Shown here: positions 56,750-64,000 of the stretch, one piece after another
Position numbering within the stretch: the stretch's first letter is position 1
Layout: every line of letters starts with the position of its first letter
DNA from: Planctomycetota bacterium
GTDB lineage: Bacteria; Planctomycetota; SZUA-567; H5-PLA8
Length of the DNA stretch: 64,000 nt
Assembly: GCA_038227875.1 (NCBI GenBank)
Contig: JBBRPR010000042.1
Coordinates: 12,125-76,124 of the forward strand
Direction of reading: 5' to 3'
Notes under the pieces: model-generated
Told to the model about the DNA's origin: nothing
Seen by the model: only the letters and a program-made list of their open reading frames with translations
Database searches by the model: none
Program-made: the position numbers and the translations under genes

Positions 56750-59140
56750 ATGATGGCTGCCAACCCGTTCAACAATACCGTGCGCTGGATCTGGTCGAGC
56801 GAGGGGCTGGGGCGGCCGCGGACCGATGATGTTCACAGCGCTTTCCGCACGCGCTATTTTCGGCGCATCTTTCAGGCTCCGGCCGGGGCGCGATTGCGCG
56901 TACATGTTTCGGCGGATACGGAATACCGACTCTGGTGCAACGGCGTCGAAGTCGCGTTTGGTCCGGCGAAGGGCGACATCGAGCATCATTTTTACGACAC
57001 GGTCGATCTCTCCGGCCACTTGACCGCCGGCAAAAACGTGCTCGCGGCGCAGGTGTCTTACTACGGCGACGTGTGGGCCGAAGTGTGGGGCGGCGGGCCG
57101 GTTTCGCGAATGACGGCGATTCCCGGCTTCATTCTTTCCGGCGCGGTTGAAGACGCCGCCGGCAAGGAACTCGAGGCGGTGCACAGCGACGCGCGCTGGC
57201 GCGTGCTGACCGACACGGCCTACCAGCAGGTCGCCAATCCCGTGGCCTCGTGGATGGGCAACACCGAAGAATTTTCGTGCAGCACGTTTCCTTGGGGCTT
57301 CACCGCGGCGGGGTTCGATGACTCCGCGTGGGCGCCAGCCACGCCGACGGTCGCGGGCGTTACGCCGGCGCACAATCTATATGCGGTCTCGCCGCACCGC
57401 CTGATTCCGCGCATGACCGCTCCGCTGGAACGCACCGGACCGCACACGTTCGAGCGCGTATGCCGCGGCGGCACGGAAACGCAACGCGACCAATTGACTC
57501 AACTGCTGTCAGGAAACGGTGCCGTGAGATTTGAGCCCGGCACCCGCGCGACAGTGCTGATTGCGGCACCGGCGGAGACGACCGGCTTTCCGCGCCTTGA
57601 ATTCAAGGGGGGCGATGGCGCGACCATCAAGCTCACCTACGCCGAAGCGCTGATCGGATCCGACAAGCGCAAGGCCAATCGCACCGATACGTCCGGCGCG
57701 ATGAACGGCTATTACGACGTGATTCGGCCCGACGGTCCGGCGCGCCAGTGGCAGCCGTTTACTTGGCGGACGTTCCGCTACGTCGAGTTGGATCTCGACG
57801 TCCAGACCGAGCCGCTGGAACTGACGGCGCTCAACTTTTTCTTCACCGCGTATCCGTTCACGGCGCTGGCCCGTTACGAGAGCTCCGACGCGACGCATCA
57901 AGGGGTCTGGGACATCTGCTGGCGCACCGCGCGGCTGTGTGCGCACGAAACATATGAGGACTGCCCGTACTACGAGCAGTTGCAGTACGGCGGCGACACG
58001 CAGGTGCAGGCGATGATCAGCTACTACGTGGCCGGCGACGCGAGCCTCGCGCGCCAGTGGCTCTATCAGTACGACTGGTCGCGAACGTCTGATGGTTTGA
58101 CGCGCAGCCGTTATCCGGCACGTGTGCCGCAGACCATTCCATTCTGGTCGCTGCACTGGGCGATGGCGATCCTTGATTATTGGGAACTGACGAGCGACCT
58201 AGAGAGCGTGCGCGATTTATTTCCGGGCGTGCTGGCGGTGCTCGATTATTTCGAGCGGCGGCGAAAACCCGATGGCCTCATCGGCAAACTGAGCGGTTGG
58301 CAATGCGCGGACTGGTGTCCCCAGTGGTCGGGGCCGGGTGAAGAAAACGGCGTGCCGCCTGGCACGCTGGCCGGCCACAGTGCGTTTGTGAATCTGATGA
58401 CGGCCGTGACGCTGGATCATGCCGCGGAGTTGGCCGTCGCACTCGGCCGCGACAATTCGGAATTGTCGCGCCGCTCGAAGGACCTCAAAACAACCGTGCA
58501 GCGCGTCTTCTATGATCCGGCGCGCAATCTGTATTGGGATACGCCGGAGCACACTGTCGCCAGCGCGTACACGAATGTCTGGGCGTTGCTGGCGGCGATG
58601 CCGTGCGACACGTCGCGACTGGCGGAGAGCGTGGTGACCGACAGCAGCCTGTGCCAGCTGACCTCGTTCAGCAATTACTTTGCGTACCGCGCGCTGGCCA
58701 AGGTCGGGCGCTACGACCTCGCTCCGCGACTGCTCGCTCCGTGGTTGAAGATGCTCGAATGGGGCCTGACGACGTGTCCGGAAATTCCCGACTACGGCGC
58801 GACACGCAGCGATTGCCACGCTTGGTCGGCCGGGCCACTGGTTGAATTCTGCCGCGAAATTCTCGGCGTGCGACCGGCCAAACCTGGCTATGCCGCTATC
58901 CAGGTCGCCCCCAAAGTGGCCGGCCTGACGCACGCAAGCGGTCGCGTTCCGCTCACGCGTTTAACCGGCAGCGCCACGGCTCTGTTTGTGGATGTGAAAT
59001 GGAATCTGTCCGGCGGGCGGTTCTCACTTTCCGTTAAGGCACCGGAAGGAATTCCCTGCGAACTAATTCTGCCGAACGGAACACGCCAGATGAATGCGCG
59101 TGGCGGAGCGTGCACGCTTGACGGGGCGCTTGGCTCCTAG
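56750..59140 (+). CDS. Alpha-L-rhamnosidase (GH78)-like protein
   Basis: VSADTEYRL, TFRYVEL, YEDCPYYEQLQYGGD and RSDCHAWS. Confidence 0.88.
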   Translation: MMAANPFNNTVRWIWSSEGLGRPRTDDVHSAFRTRYFRRIFQAPAGARLRVHVSADTEYRLWCNGVEVAFGPAKGDIEHHFYDTVDLSGHLTAGKNVLAAQVSYYGDVWAEVWGGGPVSRMTAIPGFILSGAVEDAAGKELEAVHSDARWRVLTDTAYQQVANPVASWMGNTEEFSCSTFPWGFTAAGFDDSAWAPATPTVAGVTPAHNLYAVSPHRLIPRMTAPLERTGPHTFERVCRGGTETQRDQLTQLLSGNGAVRFEPGTRATVLIAAPAETTGFPRLEFKGGDGATIKLTYAEALIGSDKRKANRTDTSGAMNGYYDVIRPDGPARQWQPFTWRTFRYVELDLDVQTEPLELTALNFFFTAYPFTALARYESSDATHQGVWDICWRTARLCAHETYEDCPYYEQLQYGGDTQVQAMISYYVAGDASLARQWLYQYDWSRTSDGLTRSRYPARVPQTIPFWSLHWAMAILDYWELTSDLESVRDLFPGVLAVLDYFERRRKPDGLIGKLSGWQCADWCPQWSGPGEENGVPPGTLAGHSAFVNLMTAVTLDHAAELAVALGRDNSELSRRSKDLKTTVQRVFYDPARNLYWDTPEHTVASAYTNVWALLAAMPCDTSRLAESVVTDSSLCQLTSFSNYFAYRALAKVGRYDLAPRLLAPWLKMLEWGLTTCPEIPDYGATRSDCHAWSAGPLVEFCREILGVRPAKPGYAAIQVAPKVAGLTHASGRVPLTRLTGSATALFVDVKWNLSGGRFSLSVKAPEGIPCELILPNGTRQMNARGGACTLDGALGS

Positions 59141-59142
59141 CC

Positions 59143-60780
59143 TTAGACCACATCCATCGGGCCGTCTAAATCTGGGCCGCCTGCTGCGACGTAACCGTGG
59201 CTCGCGCCGCTGAGAGTGGGACTGACCCAGAATGCATACAGCTTGCCGGATGCGAGATGGAATCTGAAACGCACCGATTTGCCTGAAAGCGCCGCAAGGT
59301 CGGCGGCTCCCGCCCAGGACACGTGCTGCTTCGTGGAATCACTCGACACCGGAAGGCAATTCTCTTTCGAGAACGGCGCAAGGACGCGGCCTTCGGGATC
59401 GAGAACCTCGACGCGAAGTTCGCCCTGGTCAACATCGGCATTCACGAAGAGGTGTTTGCCGTTGAACGTCACTACGCGACTCGTCAACGTGCCGCCGCCC
59501 GCATCGGCATTCATCGACGTAAAACCGTCGCGGCGCAGGAAGGCCACGCCGACACCGCCTCCGGTGACGAAACCGCTGTGGCTTTCGTCGCCCTGGCCAG
59601 AGAACGCGCCGTAGTAAAAGAAGAGTTTGTCGCCCACGATGGCGCACACGCTGGAGGCCGGGTGCAGATAGCCGCGATCCCAATCGCCTGGCTTTCCCGT
59701 CGGTGCAATAAAGGGCGTTCGATCAGGCCGGTGCCAATGAAATCCGTCGCGGCTGTACGCGATCTGGAGCTGGGTCACCTTCGGCATGCCGAGTGACTGG
59801 CAGATGTGGTTCTCCGGTCCGTAATGGATATTGAAGATTCCGAGCATCAAACTTTCGTAAGCAATCGCATCCAAATTGTAGAGTTGCGGCAGCGCTCCGT
59901 AATCCTTGCGCGCGGAAGGCTCGGCGTCGGGCGGCATTAGACTCGTCACCGCGGGATCCGGCCGATCCAAATCGTCTGCGCCGGCCCACGGGACCATCTC
60001 CTGTTTGCACTGCGCCATGCCAGACTCAAGTTCATCGCATTCGCGGTAGCCCCGGCAGCGCGCATCGACGTTCAGCGGATCGCGCGTCTTCACGTTGATG
60101 CGAATGCTGTAGACCCACTTCTTTCTGAAGGGATTGTAGAACATGGACGTATTGTCGCCGACGCCGTCGGCCGCGTCTCCCTGTCGTTGCCAGTGAATGC
60201 CGTCGGGCGAAACATAGAGGCGCTGCTTTGCAGTCTGCTGGTGGTACATGAACAGGAAGTATCGTCGTGTCCCGTTGCGGAGGTCGAGCCACACGGTGCT
60301 GCCGTTCCGCTCAACGCCGTAGGCTTCCGGCAGGATTTGATTGGGCGCCGGCGCGCCGGTTCCAAGATCAGGCCGCTCCCAGTGCAACCCGTCGCGACTG
60401 CAAGCCAGCGCGGTTCCGCCGTGCCAACCGGTCATGTAGAAAAGCTTGAAGATTTTGTCCAGCGGGTCCCACCAGCAGCCATCGTTGAAGAGCGTCGCGA
60501 TGTGAGATCCCGTGTACTGCGTCCACTCCGCCGACCGTTCTTCCCTCTCAGTCGCCGTCTCTGGCGAGAGGATCGGGTTAGCCTCGTACTTTTCCGCATG
60601 ATGATACGTTCGCGACAGCGTGGTGTGCTCGATCAGGAAATCATCGACGAACAATTGGCGCCCGACGTCGATCGGAATGACCGCCGGAGGATTCACCAGA
60701 TAGGGAACTTCCTTTGGCGTGCGGTCGCTTACATCCACCTTGGGCGGCCACGGTGATGGAATAGGGATGCCATTGTACAC
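59143..60780 (-). CDS. Beta-propeller glycoside hydrolase-like protein (GH32-like)
   Basis: GRQLFVDDFLI, SRDGLHWERP, YSRDGFHW and LRRDGF; AGAGGAG RBS before GTG. Confidence 0.8.
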   Translation of the reverse strand: MYNGIPIPSPWPPKVDVSDRTPKEVPYLVNPPAVIPIDVGRQLFVDDFLIEHTTLSRTYHHAEKYEANPILSPETATEREERSAEWTQYTGSHIATLFNDGCWWDPLDKIFKLFYMTGWHGGTALACSRDGLHWERPDLGTGAPAPNQILPEAYGVERNGSTVWLDLRNGTRRYFLFMYHQQTAKQRLYVSPDGIHWQRQGDAADGVGDNTSMFYNPFRKKWVYSIRINVKTRDPLNVDARCRGYRECDELESGMAQCKQEMVPWAGADDLDRPDPAVTSLMPPDAEPSARKDYGALPQLYNLDAIAYESLMLGIFNIHYGPENHICQSLGMPKVTQLQIAYSRDGFHWHRPDRTPFIAPTGKPGDWDRGYLHPASSVCAIVGDKLFFYYGAFSGQGDESHSGFVTGGGVGVAFLRRDGFTSMNADAGGGTLTSRVVTFNGKHLFVNADVDQGELRVEVLDPEGRVLAPFSKENCLPVSSDSTKQHVSWAGAADLAALSGKSVRFRFHLASGKLYAFWVSPTLSGASHGYVAAGGPDLDGPMDVV

Positions 60781-60801
60781 GGTCGGAAACTCCTCTTGGA
60801 T

Positions 60802-62289
60802 TCAACGGCCCGCTTGATCCACGAATCCGCGGTAGTCGGCCCCGCCCGCAGCCAGATAGCCCTTGCTTTCCCCCGTTGCAGCAGCGCTCACCCAGAAACT
60901 AAAGAGCTGCGCGTTCTTCACGAGAAAACGAAAACGCACCGGTCGTCCCGCCAACGTCTGCAGGTTCGCGCCAGGCCACTGAACGTGTTGTTTTGAGGAA
61001 TCCATCTGAACGGGCTGGCAGCGTTGCGCGCTGAAGTTTGGAATGAGCTGACCGCTTTCGTCGAGCACCTCAACTCGAATTTCACCGTCGTTTGCCGCGG
61101 CGTTTACAAACAGGAATCCGCCTGAGAACACCATGGGTTTGGTCAACACCGTGCCGCTGTCCTTCGTTCCGAGCGAAGCGAAGCCATCGCGCCGTAAGAC
61201 CGCCAGACCGGTGCTTCCCCCGGCGTACATCTTATTCTGGGCTTCGAAGGCACCGTTCTTGCCCGGTGGCAGCACCGACTGCCCGGAAAACGCTCCGAAG
61301 TAAAAACGCAGCTCCTCTTTCAGCACACAGCAGATTCCCCCGGCGGCGTGCAGATAGCCATAGTTCCATTCGCCCGGCTTGCGCGTGCATTGCAAGAACG
61401 GCTGACGCTGCTGCGGACGTGACCACTGAAATCCGTCCCGGCTGAATCCCAAGTGCAAGTCGATGATCTTCACCTGGCCGGTCCGCGCGCAGATGTCGTT
61501 TTCCGGGCCGTAGAAAATGGCGAACACGCCGAGCATCAGGCTTTCGTACGGTGTCGCATTGAAATCATAGAGCGACGGCGCGTAGTTGATCTGCGGGTCC
61601 GGCTTGTCTTCCGCATCGCTGCTCAGCCACGGCACAGGACCGCCCGGCGGCCAATGGCCGGCCTCGACAAACGTCGACGCCTGATAAAAATCGCGCACCC
61701 GCGGCGGACCCCAGCGCCGGATGCTCATCACGAATTTGCGCCGGAATGGATCGTAATAAAAAGACGAGTTGTCGCCGCACGGCGGCGTGTGCGTCAGCCA
61801 GTTCCAATGAATGCCGTCCGGCGATGTGTAGAGCGAACTGGTGTCCGGACTCCCCGACGCATAGCGGTAGTACAGGAACATTTTGAAACGTTGTGCCGGA
61901 TCGGATGTTTCGCTATCGAGCCACACCAGGCAGCCGTCGCGGCGGGCGCCCTCCTGACGCATAACGATGTTCGTGCCCGGCATCACATCGAGGTTCGGGC
62001 GTTCCCAGTGAATGCCGTCGCGGCTGGTCGCCATTGCCACGGCATCAAACCAGCCCGCGTGGTACCAGAGCTTGTACACGTGGTCGTGCGGATCAAACCA
62101 GACGCCGTCGTTAAATGGGCAGGCGCAGGGACATAGTCCTTCATTGAGTTCGACGGGCGAGTGCGGGACGAGAACAGGTGACGCCTCGTGAACGCGCGCG
62201 GCGTGATAGTTGCGCGTGCACGATGTCTCGGCCAGCAGATAGTCATCGACGAAGAGTTGGCGGCCAAGATCGATGGAAAGCGCGGGCAT
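60802..62289 (-). CDS. Beta-propeller glycoside hydrolase-like protein (paralogue of the downstream gene)
   Basis: Same motif order (GRQLFVDDY, SRDGIHWERP, LRRDGF). Start taken as ATG 62289. Confidence 0.8.
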   Translation of the reverse strand: MPALSIDLGRQLFVDDYLLAETSCTRNYHAARVHEASPVLVPHSPVELNEGLCPCACPFNDGVWFDPHDHVYKLWYHAGWFDAVAMATSRDGIHWERPNLDVMPGTNIVMRQEGARRDGCLVWLDSETSDPAQRFKMFLYYRYASGSPDTSSLYTSPDGIHWNWLTHTPPCGDNSSFYYDPFRRKFVMSIRRWGPPRVRDFYQASTFVEAGHWPPGGPVPWLSSDAEDKPDPQINYAPSLYDFNATPYESLMLGVFAIFYGPENDICARTGQVKIIDLHLGFSRDGFQWSRPQQRQPFLQCTRKPGEWNYGYLHAAGGICCVLKEELRFYFGAFSGQSVLPPGKNGAFEAQNKMYAGGSTGLAVLRRDGFASLGTKDSGTVLTKPMVFSGGFLFVNAAANDGEIRVEVLDESGQLIPNFSAQRCQPVQMDSSKQHVQWPGANLQTLAGRPVRFRFLVKNAQLFSFWVSAAATGESKGYLAAGGADYRGFVDQAGR

Positions 62290-62486
62290 GATGCTGCTGC
62301 TCCTGTGCCACATGTTTGAAAAGGATAGCGCGCAAGCTCCTGGAGCGAAGTGGATTGAACCACTTATGCGAGCCCTCGACCCCTTCCCCTCCCTGCTATT
62401 CGCCAACTCTTTAACTTTTTACCGCACACTGTTCTATTTAGAGGTGTATGTATGGATAAAGGCTACCTTGAGTGGGAGAGGTGATC

Positions 62487-63305
62487 ATGCGTTTTATTGC
62501 ATTCTGTCTGGCGATTGTTTGTGTATTCGGCTCCTCGCTACGGGCGGAAGAAGGGAAGCTGCCGGAGCTGAAGGTCCCAGTCTCAAAAGCGGCGGCGCCC
62601 AAGATCGACGGCGTGCTCGACGACGCCATCTGGAAGGACGCGCCATCCGCAGCCGAATTCAAACTCAAGGAAGATGGCAAGCCTGAGTTCAAGACCAAGA
62701 TGTCCGTGACGCGCGATGAGAAAACGCTCTACATCGCCATCGAGTGCGAAGAATCGGCCGAGACGCTCAAGGCGTTGAAGGCCGAGACGACGCAGAACGA
62801 CGCCGACGAAATCTGGGCCGATGATTCCGTTGAAATCTTCATCGATCCAACCAACAAGCGCGAATCGTACTACCAGTTCATCGTCAATTCGAAGGGCGTG
62901 GTCTGGGATGCTTACCACACGTTTCCCAAGAGCCCTGACTCGAGCTGGAATTCGGACGCGAAGGTTGCAGCCAAGGTGAGCACGGGTAGCTGGATCTGCG
63001 AGTTGGCGATCCCGATTGCCTCGTTCAATCGCACCGATGCGTCGATCGCAGAGTGGGCCTTTAACGTCGCGCGCAACCGCAGCGCGTCACAAGAGACGTG
63101 CTACTGGTCGCCGGTGTTCAGCGACAGCTCGCACGTTCCGGAAAAGTTCGGGAAGCTGACGGGCATGCCCGCGATCTCGCTGAAGCCCGTCGAAGCGGCC
63201 AAACCCGCTGATGCATCCAAAGCTGCGGACGCCGTGAAACCATCCGACGCGCCGGCTCCGACTGCCCCCAAGGCCCCTGAGCCCGCGAAGGACGAGAAGA
63301 AGTAA
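62487..63305 (+). CDS. Secreted CBM9-like sugar-binding protein
   Basis: PKIDGVLDDAIW, DDSVEIFIDP, YYQFIVN and WICELAIP. Confidence 0.85.
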   Translation: MRFIAFCLAIVCVFGSSLRAEEGKLPELKVPVSKAAAPKIDGVLDDAIWKDAPSAAEFKLKEDGKPEFKTKMSVTRDEKTLYIAIECEESAETLKALKAETTQNDADEIWADDSVEIFIDPTNKRESYYQFIVNSKGVVWDAYHTFPKSPDSSWNSDAKVAAKVSTGSWICELAIPIASFNRTDASIAEWAFNVARNRSASQETCYWSPVFSDSSHVPEKFGKLTGMPAISLKPVEAAKPADASKAADAVKPSDAPAPTAPKAPEPAKDEKK

Positions 63306-63514
63306 TTCTTTAGCCCCCCAAGGCGTCTGGTCGTGTCATTAGTGACACGATTTTCTCAATTACGGTTAGTGCAAATATCCCGATTTAGAACCCCACCCTT
63401 AGTAATCTTACCTAAGTATTTTGCGCGACAGCAGTGCGTGCCCTCCTCTTTGGGGTGGCCTTGCAATTGCATGATGTACTTCCGCTGGCGAAATGCCTTT
63501 CGGAGTAGTTCTGG

Positions 63515-63889
63515 ATGACTGCTGACCAGACGAGTAACGGCCGATTCCGCGAACTGATCGAGCGCCTCGATGTCGGTGTGGTCGTTCAAGACGCGCAGGA
63601 CACTATTCTAATTTCCAACCCTGCGGCGCAGCGCATCCTCGGTTTGGATCAGGAGCCTAACTCCCAATTATCCTCCCGAGATCCCCGCTGGAAACTCGTT
63701 GACGCCGACGGCCACGACTTTCCGAACGATCAAATTCCTTCCGTGCTGGCGTTCCGGACGCGCAAACCCGTTCAAAACGTGATCATGGGTACGACCAATT
63801 TGAAGACGGGTGAGCGCCGCTGGTTGTCGATCACTGCCGCGCCCATCTTTGAAAGCGACTGTCAGGGCTCGCACAGTATTGCATCGTAG
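63515..63889 (+). pseudogene. Isolated PAS domain, probably a truncated sensor gene
   Basis: RFRELIERLDVGVVV, SNPAAQRILG and RWLSITAAPIF, then a stop before the last PAS strand and the DIT motif. Confidence 0.5.
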
Positions 63890-63958
63890 ACAGCAGTAAT
63901 TCTCGCGCTAATCTGCGCCGATGCGGTCAGAAGGCCGCAGAAGATTTCGGACGGTTAT

Positions 63959-64000
63959 AAAAAAGCAGGTCCCCGCAAAGCTCGAACTTTGCAGGGACCC
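63959..64000 (-). terminator. Hairpin with a T tract on the minus strand (gene lies outside the window)
   Basis: On the + strand AAAAAAGCAGGTCCCCGCAAAG-CTCGAA-CTTTGCAGGGACC. Confidence 0.45.

Overview
GC-rich bacterial chromosomal window, probably Planctomycetota/PVC (inferred from an ECF sigma factor with a long C-terminal extension, the REP-like palindromes and the Cys-motif lipoprotein). It holds about 45 protein genes and one tRNA-Val(GAC). Recognisable functions include a GntR/SBP/SDR/epimerase operon, lhgO, hldD-hldE, pgeF, a PARG-like enzyme, a membrane protein plus decaheme cytochrome c, an MFP-ABC exporter, tolQ/tolR-like genes, a PPi-type phosphofructokinase and a glycoside hydrolase cluster. 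I see no CRISPR array, integrase, transposase or rRNA. The least explained signals are: (1) intergenic, loop-less 18-40 bp palindromes that share only an AATT centre, three of them stacked upstream of the tRNA; (2) a stand-alone fusion of a TOTE-type primase and a HAD phosphatase; (3) a Lys-rich C-terminal domain shared by two unrelated secreted proteins, a candidate surface-sorting signal; (4) three paralogue pairs of unknown function: pseudo-proteases, three-repeat helical secreted proteins, and membrane proteins with conserved ends. All family assignments come from motif recognition by eye; no database searches were run.
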